Source: a virus (Duplodnaviria; Caudoviricetes). From it: 64,000 bases of DNA. Positions 10,701 to 20,000 of this stretch are shown here, one piece after another (the first letter of the stretch is position 1; every line of letters starts with the position of its first letter). The translations under genes were made by a program, and so were the position numbers. The stretch lies in IMG/VR virus record IMGVR_UViG_3300042881_004206; one strand, written 5' to 3'. Below the pieces are notes generated by a model. It did no database searches, was not told the DNA's origin, and saw nothing but the letters and a program-made list of their open reading frames with translations.

Positions 10701-13563
10701 TAATATAGGTGGCGCAGCGAATATTGGTGGAAACTTAAATGTCAGCAATGGTAGTGCATCAATTAGTGGAAATCTATCAGCGGGAAATGCTAATTTAGGC
10801 AATTATGTTTATGCGAATTTCTTTGAGGGTGACGGTAGTTTACTTACAAATCTAACTATCTCGGCAGGAAATGCGTTATTAAATGGTGACAGTAATGTTT
10901 ATGTAGAATACAGCGGTAACATTAATTTCCGCAGTAATGGTGTTGCAAATATATTTGTTGTAAGTAATACTGGTGCACACAGTAATGGTAATTTAACTGT
11001 AGCAAACATTGTTAATGCTCAAAGCTATGCTAATGGTACAAGCAATTTAATTATACGCAATAATAGTGATGTAACTATTAGCGCCGGCGGCACTGCAAAC
11101 GTATTAAAAGTTACAAATTTAGCAGTTAATGTTAGTAGCAACTTAAATGCTTTAGCCAATCTAAGTGTAACAGGTAATGCAAACGTTGGCAACTTGGGTG
11201 TTGGCGGATTAATACAAGCTGGTGGTAATATCAGTGGTGGAAATCTTAGTACTGGTGGAAATTTGAGTGTTGCTGGTACTGCAAACATTCAAACAATAAG
11301 CAGTCCCGGTGAAATAAGTGCAACGGGAAATATTACATCTAGTGCTAGATTATCTGGTCTTACATTAAGTGTTACTGGAAATTCTAATTTAGCAAATGTT
11401 AACATTTCAGGTATTAGTAATCTAGGACCCAATGGCAATGTTATTATTACCGGCGGCTCTGCTGGTCAATCGCTTGTTACTGATGGCGCTGGTAATTTAA
11501 GTTGGGGTAATGCAGCCGCCGCCGGTGCATTAGCTAATGGTAATAGTAATGTAAATATACCAGTTGCTAATGGAAATGTTACTGTATCGGTATCTGGCAA
11601 TAGCAATGTATTGATAGTATCTGGTACAGGAATCACAACGGGCAATTTAAATGTTAATAACGATGCAGTATTTGGTGGGAACTTAACAGTAGATGGCAAT
11701 TTAATTTATGTAAACGTTACAGACTTAAGTGTTGAAGATCCCATAATACAATTACAAACTGGACCAAATGGTGCTCCCCCAACAAGTAATAGTGGTAAGG
11801 ATGTAGGAACTGCATTAAATTACTACGACACCTCAGCTAAAATTGCTTGGATGGGCTGGGATACAAGTAATGCAGAAATCGCATTCGGAGCCAATGTTGG
11901 TATCAGCAGCGAAGTCGTTACATTTACTCAACTAGCAAATATTCGTTCAGGTAATGCACAGCTTGGTAATCTAGCAACAGCGAACTTTATAACCGGTACA
12001 TTAACAACCGCAAGTCAACCTAACATTACCTCAGTGGGAACTTTAAGTAGTTTAGCAACTACTGGAAACGTTAGTATTGGTGGTAACTTAAGTGTTACTG
12101 CTAAGAGCAACTTGGGATCAGTAAGTAATGTTATTATTACTGGTGGTGTTGCTAATTATGTGTTAAGCACCGACGGAGCTGGAAATTTAAGTTGGGTAGA
12201 ACAAACCGGCGGCAACAACAGTTTACAGGCATATAGTGATAATTTTACTGGAAACGGTGTTCAAAATACTTTCACTTTAAGTACAACACCGGCTAATATT
12301 AATTTAGTAACTGTTAACTATAACGGTGAGATACTAATAAGAGATAGTTATTCGTTAAGTGGCGCAAACATTATTTTTACTGAGCCACCTGCAAATGCTG
12401 CCCAAATTGAAATTACCACACTAACCGGTAGTGGCGGAGGTGGTGGAGGCAGTAGCACAAGTATTAGTAATGGCAATAGTAATGTAAACATTGCCACAGC
12501 TAACGGCAATATTACGATGAGTGCTGCAGGTAATGCTAATATCTTAGTCGTTACTGGCACAGGTGTTAATGTTGCAGGAACAGGAAACTTCACTGGTAGT
12601 TTAACAGCCGCAAATGCTACTTTAGGTAATTTAGTAACTGCTAATTTTGTTTCTGGTACGTTAACAACAGCCGCACAACCTAACATTACAAGTTTGGGGA
12701 CCTTAAGCGCACTCACAGCAACGGGTAATATCAGCGCAGGCAATTTTATAGGCAACTTAGCCAATGGCAATTCAGACATAGCTATTCCGGCAGCAAACGG
12801 AAACATCAATTTTGATGTTGCAGGAAATAGTAATGTAGTAGTAGTTACAGGTAATGGTTTGGTTGTTAATAGAATTAGTAATTTAGGACCTGTTGGTAAT
12901 GTTATTATCACCGGAGGCACTAACGGACAAGTATTAACAACAAATGGCAGTGGAGGTTTAAGCTGGACTACCGTCAGCGGTGGAGGCGGAGGATCTAGTA
13001 TTAGTAATGGCAATAGTAATGTAAATATTCCAGCAGCTAATGGTAATGTTAATATTAGTAGTGCCGGAAATGCTAATATACTTGTAATAACGGGCACCGG
13101 TGCAAATATTGCAGGTACATTAGGTATTTCAGGAAATGCCAACGTTGGTAATTTAGGTGCCACTGAAGGTGTATTTACTGGAAATCTATCTGTTACCGGT
13201 GGAATTAACGATACTGGTGCTAATTTTTATACGATTGGCTATCGTGAAGTACCGCAAGTTGCTAAATCATCAAATTACACATTAGAAAATTACGACAACG
13301 GTAAACATGTTTATTATACTGGGTCTGGTAGCACGTTGACCATACCTGCAGATGGTTCAACCACTGGAGGAAACTTCCCCATTGGTACTATACTAACTGT
13401 GGTTAATAATAGTTCAGGCAATATCAATATAAACACCAGCGTAACACTAAATCAGGCAGGTACTGCAAATACAGGAAACAGAATTCTCGCAACTAAAGGC
13501 TTAGCCTCAATTATGAAAGTTGATAGTAATACCTGGTTCATCAGCGGTGTAGGGATATCATAA
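7738..13563 (+). CDS. Very large virion fibre/structural protein (1941 aa)
   Basis: Repeated 'NGNSNV.I..ANGN' and 'ANLGNLVTANFFQGDG.LLTNL' modules. The C-terminal 'GYREVPQ...YTL..D.GK' domain is common in phage fibres. Confidence 0.8.
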   Translation: MSLKSLNSIGGFSVGNNQSVVLANGDIDTGNIVLSGNLAAGNANLGNAAVANYFLGDGGLLSNLPSGNSLSNGNSSVGVIANGNITMTVAGNSNVMVISGTGVNVSGTGNFSGNVNAGNFIGIFANGNSNVRIPSANGNINLSAGGNANVLIINSNNVVANRHFKSVDTILEIGGFANNAPYTSDDGKDRGITLNYYDTFSAQAFMGWKNSNSEFVFASEVTTANEQVSIFQLGNIRASYFLGNVLGNIEGNIIAPGSNTEVLFNDNDQVAASNGFTFNKTTNALTVTGAFESASVNTLGNIGGGNFYTPGNIVVLGLANVGELFTSGNVNAVGNVSGVNFQAGGNISATGNISGGNLSTSGRANVTGTVSAGNVSTAGNLSVVGNVTITGNSSFQNAAIFSQRITVGDPNGQPKIELFSNGYGLFGNVALSTFGDPNGATISGRLATFTTANITNINVTGTANITGNISANSIFANGVLEANGNLRAANANLGNLVTANFFQGDGYLLTNLTIPAGSAIENGNSNVRVEPNSNVVFNITSVNNVMVLSSTKLTVNANVEVSNTVIANYVTANIAVNTPIVQNGNSIININDSTGFINFGVNNSSNIVYISNVGASVNGNLSVSSRANITGNLNVSGNSNIAGNVNVSGTTNVQALNSTTINASGNLTSLNANLGNLAKANFFQGDGYLLTNLTIAAGSAIVNGNSNVSVAPNANVTVGVAGIDNVTVFTNNSVIVNQFLNVNANANIANWVNANALYVTGTANFASGLTATSNSTITSRYVSIGTGALPGYLDVTGNVNIDNRLTVSGTANFFGAFQVNGTINSNANVQADDYLLANYFSIDKGGSVPNLTVSNVANIETLNVNGAINGNSTATFDGNLIAANANLGNLVTANFFQGDGYLLTNLTITAGSSIVNGNSNVVVIANGNVTTSVGGTANVLVVTTTGANIAGTLNATGNATIGGNLSAVRANFTGNVNTTGNLSANGSANIGGAANIGGNLNVSNGSASISGNLSAGNANLGNYVYANFFEGDGSLLTNLTISAGNALLNGDSNVYVEYSGNINFRSNGVANIFVVSNTGAHSNGNLTVANIVNAQSYANGTSNLIIRNNSDVTISAGGTANVLKVTNLAVNVSSNLNALANLSVTGNANVGNLGVGGLIQAGGNISGGNLSTGGNLSVAGTANIQTISSPGEISATGNITSSARLSGLTLSVTGNSNLANVNISGISNLGPNGNVIITGGSAGQSLVTDGAGNLSWGNAAAAGALANGNSNVNIPVANGNVTVSVSGNSNVLIVSGTGITTGNLNVNNDAVFGGNLTVDGNLIYVNVTDLSVEDPIIQLQTGPNGAPPTSNSGKDVGTALNYYDTSAKIAWMGWDTSNAEIAFGANVGISSEVVTFTQLANIRSGNAQLGNLATANFITGTLTTASQPNITSVGTLSSLATTGNVSIGGNLSVTAKSNLGSVSNVIITGGVANYVLSTDGAGNLSWVEQTGGNNSLQAYSDNFTGNGVQNTFTLSTTPANINLVTVNYNGEILIRDSYSLSGANIIFTEPPANAAQIEITTLTGSGGGGGGSSTSISNGNSNVNIATANGNITMSAAGNANILVVTGTGVNVAGTGNFTGSLTAANATLGNLVTANFVSGTLTTAAQPNITSLGTLSALTATGNISAGNFIGNLANGNSDIAIPAANGNINFDVAGNSNVVVVTGNGLVVNRISNLGPVGNVIITGGTNGQVLTTNGSGGLSWTTVSGGGGGSSISNGNSNVNIPAANGNVNISSAGNANILVITGTGANIAGTLGISGNANVGNLGATEGVFTGNLSVTGGINDTGANFYTIGYREVPQVAKSSNYTLENYDNGKHVYYTGSGSTLTIPADGSTTGGNFPIGTILTVVNNSSGNININTSVTLNQAGTANTGNRILATKGLASIMKVDSNTWFISGVGIS

Positions 13564-13565
13564 CA

Positions 13566-14483
13566 ATGGCTGGAGCATTGGCTTTGTTACAGGGCATTCT
13601 TGCAGGCTCCGCATCAACTCCCGGTCCCACGCCCACACCCACTCCCAGTTCAGTAGATTATTTGATTGTTGCAGGTGGTGGAGGCGGCGGTCGCCCTGGT
13701 TCAGGCGCCCGTGCTGGAGGCGGGGGAGCCGGTGGAACAATATACGGATCAGCTGGTGTTACTGCTGGAATATCATATTCTGTCGTAGTAGGTGGTGGCG
13801 GGGCAGGTTCAAATTCTACCTCGGTCCGAGGAGATCAAGGTTCGTCAAGTCAAATTGATTTTGCTACATCTACTACAGGCGGTGGCGGCGGTGGCAGCGG
13901 AACTGCTGGATCAATTAGAGTCGGCGCACCAGGTGGTTCAGGCGGCGGCGGTCGTGGGGGCAATACAGCTATTAATCCGGGTGGTGCTGGAGTAGCTGGT
14001 CAGGGTAACAATGGTGGAACAGGCAATGGCTCAAACACAAGTTCTGCTTTCGGTGGTGGCGGTGGCGGAGGAGCTGGCGCTCCCGGTCAGAATTCTCCGG
14101 GCCCGTCATCATCAACTCTTAATACTGTGGGCGGCAATGGCGGCGCCGGCATTGAATGGCCAGCATCATCAGGGCAATATTACGGTGGAGGTGGTGGCGG
14201 CGCCGGCGGCGCCGGCTTAGCCGGTGGTGGCGGCATAGGTGGAGGTGGTGCCGGCGGCGCCGGCAACGCTTCGGGTGTTTCTGGAAGTATCAACACCGGC
14301 GGCGGTGGTGGCGGTGCCGGAGGTACTGGTACTCCAGGAGGATCAGGCGGATCAGGTATTGTAATTGTAAGATATCCAGATACTTTTGCAGATGCGGTTT
14401 CAACTACAGGTTCACCTGAGTATACAGTATCAGGTGGTTTTAAACAATATAAATTCACGGGATCAGGTAGTATCACTTGGTAA
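13566..14483 (+). CDS. Glycine-rich domain virion protein (305 aa)
   Basis: 'DYLIVAGGGGGG ... GSGIVIVRY...[11 protein letters not shown]' architecture, paralogous to the C-terminus of 24683-26458. Confidence 0.75.
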   Translation: MAGALALLQGILAGSASTPGPTPTPTPSSVDYLIVAGGGGGGRPGSGARAGGGGAGGTIYGSAGVTAGISYSVVVGGGGAGSNSTSVRGDQGSSSQIDFATSTTGGGGGGSGTAGSIRVGAPGGSGGGGRGGNTAINPGGAGVAGQGNNGGTGNGSNTSSAFGGGGGGGAGAPGQNSPGPSSSTLNTVGGNGGAGIEWPASSGQYYGGGGGGAGGAGLAGGGGIGGGGAGGAGNASGVSGSINTGGGGGGAGGTGTPGGSGGSGIVIVRYPDTFADAVSTTGSPEYTVSGGFKQYKFTGSGSITW

Positions 14484-14514
14484 CGACTGAATAAATACTG
14501 AATATGGAATAAAA

Positions 14515-16995
14515 ATGGCACTAACCAGACTTCAACCATTCAACCTGAGTAATACAGCCAGCTACGAGTTCGGAAATTTGAACTTGTCTGGCAATATTGT
14601 GTCGTTGAATGCCAATTTAGGTAATAGTGCCACGGCTAATTTCTTTATAGGATCTGGTAATAATCTTTCAAACATACAAGGTGCCAATGTTAGTGGTGCA
14701 GTAGCTACAGCCAACGTTGCTAGTACAGTATCAGGTAATACTCAAAGTAACATAACCAGCTTAGGTACACTTACTGGCCTCACAGTTTCGGGAATCACAA
14801 ATTTAGGAACAGTAGCCAATGTTATTATTACCGGTGGTAGTAATGGGCAGATATTAACTACAAATGGTTCAGGCAATTTAAGTTGGATCACTATACCCGC
14901 CGGCTCTAATATTAGTAATGGTAATAGTAATGTTAGTATTCCAGTCGCCAATGGAAATATTATTTTAAGTGCTGAAGGCAATGCCAACATTGTTGTAGTC
15001 ACTGGTACCGGCGCAGTGCTTAATGGAAATCTAACGACCGGCAACGGAACTGGTGGTAATATTAGTGGCGCCAACGTTATTACTGCAAATACCGCAAATA
15101 TAAGTGCAGCTTTAAATGTAACAGGTACAAGTAATTTAGGTCCAGTGGGTAATGTTACAATCACCGGCGGTAGTTCAGGTCAATACTTACAAACAAATGG
15201 TAGTGGCGTATTAAGTTGGTCTACAATTAGCACTGGCTCTATTAGCAATGGAAACAGTAATGTTAATATTCCTGCTGCGAATGGAAACATCAACTTAAGC
15301 GCAGCAGGAAATAGCAATGTATTAGTTGTAACTGGCACTGGTATAAATGTTGCAGGGACATTAAATGCAACAGGTAACGCTAACGTTGGTAACTTAGGTG
15401 CTACTGGAGTTGTCGCCACCACACTCGGTGGTTCATTAACTACTGCAAGTCAGCCAAATATTACTAGTGTTGGTACGTTAAGTAGTTTAACTGTAACAGG
15501 TAATATATCAGCGGGTAATGCTAACTTAGGTAATGCTGTTACAGCTAATTTCTTTATTGGTAACGGTAGTTTACTAACAGGCATGCCGTCAGGCAATAGC
15601 ATAGCGAACGGCAATAGTAATGTTAACATTCCTGCAGCAAATGGCAATGTTAACATTAGTGTTGCTGGAAATAGCAATGTATTAATCGTAACAGGTACTG
15701 GCGTTAATGTAACTGGTACATTAAACTCTACAGGAAACATAACAGGTGCTAATGCTAGTTTAGGCAATATAGTAACTGCCAATTTTGTTCAAGGTACATT
15801 AACCACTGCTGCACAACCCAATATAACAAGCTTGGGTACATTAGGTAGCTTAACAACAACTGGTAATGTAAGTGTTGGTGGTAACTTAAGTGTTACTGCT
15901 AAGAGTAATTTAGGCCCTGCAGGTAATGTTATTATTACTGGTGGTATTGCTAATTATGTTCTTAGTACAGATGGAGCTGGAAACTTAAGTTGGGTAGCAC
16001 AAACCGGCGGCGGAGGTAATGGCACACCAGGTGGCAGCAATACTCAAGTTCAGTTTAACGATGCTGGTGCTTTCGCCGGTAATGCAGGATTAACATTTGA
16101 TAAAACAACGACAACATTTACTGCCAATAATTTTGTAGCCACTAGTACCGCTAATCTTGGTGCTGTTGGTAATGTAATCATTACCGGTGGAACAAACGGG
16201 CAAGTATTATCTACAAACGGTAGCGGTAGCTTAAGTTGGAATAATGTTGGCACAACTATTACGGTTGATGACTTTACAGGTAATGGTAGCCAAACTGCGT
16301 ACACATTAACTACAATACCGGCAAGTGTTGATTATACTTTAGTAAGTATTGCTGGTACATTTCAGCCAAGAAATGCATATAGTCTAGTAGGAAATGTGCT
16401 TACATTTACCAGTGCGCCACCAAATACTGCATTAATTGAAGTTACAACATTTACAGCCGCAGTAACAGCTGGTGCCAATACTGGTAATTTCTTAAACCGT
16501 AGTTACACCGCAAACGGTGTACAAGATACATTTACTGTAACAAATGGGGTAACTGCTAATAGTGTAATCGTAACTGAAAACGGTATTGTGCAAGAGCCCG
16601 GCACAGATTATACAGTTAGTGGATCTAATCTAACGTTTACAACAGCCCCTGCAAACACAACAGCAATATCAATAAGAGAAATACCAGCTCCCGGTGGCGG
16701 TGGCTCTGTTTATGCAAGTGCAAGTGCAAACTTAAATGCCAGTGCCAATACTAAGTATGTATTGAATACTAATTCTGCAAATATTGTTGTAACATTGCCC
16801 GGCGGCCCAAGTTTTGGCATGGAAGTTGGTGTCATAGATGGAACTGGAAATGCAAACACAAATGCAATTACCGTTTATGGAAACGGTGCAAATATTCAAG
16901 GAAGCAATAGTAACATGACAGTAAATACTAGCCGGGCAGCATTTACATTAGTTTATTATGATGCAACTAATGGTTGGTTGCTAACAAATGTATAA
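14515..16995 (+). CDS. Virion fibre protein with gp9/gp10-like C-terminal domain (826 aa)
   Basis: Same repeat modules as 7738-13563. The C-terminal 'NT...I.VTLP..P..G.EV..ID..G.A.TN.ITV..NG..IQG...AAFTLVY' resembles T4 baseplate gp9/gp10-like domains. Confidence 0.7.
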   Translation: MALTRLQPFNLSNTASYEFGNLNLSGNIVSLNANLGNSATANFFIGSGNNLSNIQGANVSGAVATANVASTVSGNTQSNITSLGTLTGLTVSGITNLGTVANVIITGGSNGQILTTNGSGNLSWITIPAGSNISNGNSNVSIPVANGNIILSAEGNANIVVVTGTGAVLNGNLTTGNGTGGNISGANVITANTANISAALNVTGTSNLGPVGNVTITGGSSGQYLQTNGSGVLSWSTISTGSISNGNSNVNIPAANGNINLSAAGNSNVLVVTGTGINVAGTLNATGNANVGNLGATGVVATTLGGSLTTASQPNITSVGTLSSLTVTGNISAGNANLGNAVTANFFIGNGSLLTGMPSGNSIANGNSNVNIPAANGNVNISVAGNSNVLIVTGTGVNVTGTLNSTGNITGANASLGNIVTANFVQGTLTTAAQPNITSLGTLGSLTTTGNVSVGGNLSVTAKSNLGPAGNVIITGGIANYVLSTDGAGNLSWVAQTGGGGNGTPGGSNTQVQFNDAGAFAGNAGLTFDKTTTTFTANNFVATSTANLGAVGNVIITGGTNGQVLSTNGSGSLSWNNVGTTITVDDFTGNGSQTAYTLTTIPASVDYTLVSIAGTFQPRNAYSLVGNVLTFTSAPPNTALIEVTTFTAAVTAGANTGNFLNRSYTANGVQDTFTVTNGVTANSVIVTENGIVQEPGTDYTVSGSNLTFTTAPANTTAISIREIPAPGGGGSVYASASANLNASANTKYVLNTNSANIVVTLPGGPSFGMEVGVIDGTGNANTNAITVYGNGANIQGSNSNMTVNTSRAAFTLVYYDATNGWLLTNV

Positions 16996-17003
16996 GGGTA
17001 AAA

Positions 17004-20000
17004 ATGAGTAATTATTTTGAACTACAAAACGCACCTGTTCTGACAACTCCCAGTGCCTTGACTGCCCCCAAGATAACCAGTATAGGTTATCCTGGCGATG
17101 ATACCGCCGCAGATCCTGCTGGTGGTCAGACTATCACATTGACTGGAGAGGGATTTGAAGCTGGGGCCAGTGTTATCATTAATACCGCTGCAGTGGGTGT
17201 TGTAAGCGTAGTAAGTAATACCACAATAACTTTCACAAGTCCAGCGTTGAGTACTGGTAGCTATCCTGTTTATGTTGTAAACACAGATGGAGGCACTGCT
17301 ATTGCTGTTCCGGGTATTCAGTACAGCGGCACGCCCACTTGGACTACGGCTGCAGGAAGCTTAGGTAGCTATACTGAAACACAATCTATTAGCAACACCG
17401 TTACTGCCACTGGTGATGCCCCTATAAGCTATAGCTTGTTTAGTGGAACTTTACCAACTGGTGCTACATTGAATAGTGCCAATGGTTTAATCAGCGGTAC
17501 CAGCCCACTGAGTGCTAGCCCGACAACATATACATTTACTATTCGTGCTACAGACGCACAACAACAAGATACCAACCGTCAGTTTAGTTTGACAATAAAC
17601 CCTGATGTAGTAACCTGGAGCAGTCCTGCTAATGGTACAACATATACTAGCACAGCAAATAGTGCTATTAGCAATGTTGCGTTGAGTGCCACAGCAGCCA
17701 GCGGGCAGTCTGTGAGTTATACTGCCAATGCATTACCAACTGGATTGAGCCTTAGTGGCAGCAATATTACGGGAACTCCCACAGTGGTAGCTAACAGTAG
17801 TACATTGTTAACTGCAACTGCTGCCACAACAAATGCCACCGCAACTAGAACTATTAACTGGGTGATTAGTGTAGCTAGTGATCCTGACTTTGAGTATGTG
17901 ACAACATTATTGAGTGCAAGTAATCCAACCAGTACATTTGTCACAGATGCTAGTACCAACAATTTTGCGGTGACTGTGTTTGGTGATACTAGACCCAATA
18001 ACTTCGGACCATACACTCCCGGTTACTATTCAAACTTTTTTGATGGTACTGGGGATTATCTGTTATTACCCACAACCTCAGCACTAGCGTTTCCGGGAGA
18101 TTTTACTGTAGAGGCCTGGGTTTATTTAAATTCGGTCACAGGGCCACAGGGTGTTTACACCAGTATCGATAATGCTAGTGATAATTGGGAAGGAATTTCC
18201 TTGACATTTAATGGTACATCATTTTTAGCAACATCATATATTCCTACGGTCGATACTATAACTCATCAAAACACAGTAACCATTGGGCAGTGGTATCATA
18301 TAGCAATAGTTAGAAACGGAAGTAGTACTAAAAGCTACTTAAATGGTGTACAGTCAAATACTACAACACTGGGTACATACAGTCTAACTCAATCGGGCGG
18401 CACTATAGGAGCACAGTATCCGGGCAGCGGCCCGTTGAATGGCTATATTAGCAATTTGCGAGTCCTTAAAGGTACGGCCTTATATACCTCAACCTTCACT
18501 CCTCCTACTACTCCGCTTACGGCAATTGCTAACACGCAGTTACTAACCTGCCAAAGTAATCGTTTTATAGATAACTCAACTAACAACTTCACCATTACAC
18601 GCTTTGGTGACACCTCAATATCAGGCTTTGATCCATTCGCACCACTCAGTGCATACAGTGGTTACGGTTCGGGGTATTTTGATGGTAGTGGGGATTATTT
18701 AACCGGGAGTGCGGATATTTCTCCGAGAGGCACTGAAGATTTTACAATAGAGTTTTGGTACTATCCTACATCTTTGGGTTCAGCAGAACGTTATTTTCTG
18801 GTAGGCAGCGGAAACAATGGCTTTATATTTGGTATAACAAATTTTGGTAATGATATTGCTATTATACGGGATCTTACGGGTGCAATAGTGGCTAATTTTG
18901 GTTCTCGTACTCAATTGACATTGAACGCCTGGAACTATGTTGTTGTGACTCGCAGTAGTAATGTTTTTAGATGTTACATAAATGGTAGTCCTACAACAAC
19001 CCCTTCAGTTACAGATTCATACTCTTTTGCAACCCCTTCAACTACAACCCTTTTAGCCGGTTCTTTTATGGGCTATTGTACAGACATGCGAGTTACAAGA
19101 GGACTTGCAAGATATACTGGGGCATCAATGAGTGTACCTACTGTACCTTTATCCTCAGACGTATCTACAACTTTATTAACACTACAAAACAATCAACCCA
19201 ACAACAATAACATGTTCTTGGATAGTAGTGCCAGTAACTTTTTAATCACTAGAAATGGCAACACCACACAGGGATCATTTAGTCCCTATGGTGGTGGCTG
19301 GAGTAACTATTTTGATGGTAGCGGTGATTACTTGACTGTAGCTGACACTGCAAATATTCAACCAGGTTCAGGTAATTGTACCTGGGAAGCATGGATTTAT
19401 CCATTGAGTTTGCCTAGTGCGGGCAACTTTAAAACTTTATGGGCACAAAGAGCGACTGATGCTGGCATTGGTGGTGCTGCTATAGTTTTTAATAGCTCAG
19501 GGAACTATGTATATTTTATCGCCAATTCAGCAGCCAATGCTTGGCAAGTAAGTGGCGTCAGCACAGGATTCAATGTACTCTTAAATCAATGGCAACATGT
19601 AGCATTAGTAAGATCAGGAAATACCATGACAATGTATCTTAATGGTGTCGCAGGAACCACAGCTAGTGTGGCAACCGGTGCTATTGGAACAAGTGGAAAT
19701 CTTTCATTAATGGCTGGTGCGGCCAATGGTATCCAGACTGTTGATGGTTACATGAGCAACTTTAGGTTTGTTAAGGGTACAGCAGTTTATACTGCTAATT
19801 TTACACCCCCTACTGCACCACTGACTCCTATTGCCAACACCAATTTGTTAACATGCGCGGACAACAGATTCATAGATGACAGTTCCAATAACTTTACCAT
19901 CACTAGAAATGGTGATGTTAGCGTTCAACGCTTCAACCCATTCAACCCAGTGTTGACCACTCCCACAAGTTACAGTGGTTACTTTGATGGCACTGGGGAT

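Noticed and set aside
13558-14539. Alternative-frame ORFs such as the Arg/Trp-rich 14156-14419 and Pro-rich 14180-14539
   Set aside because: They are frame-shifted or antisense readings of GGC/GGT glycine runs.
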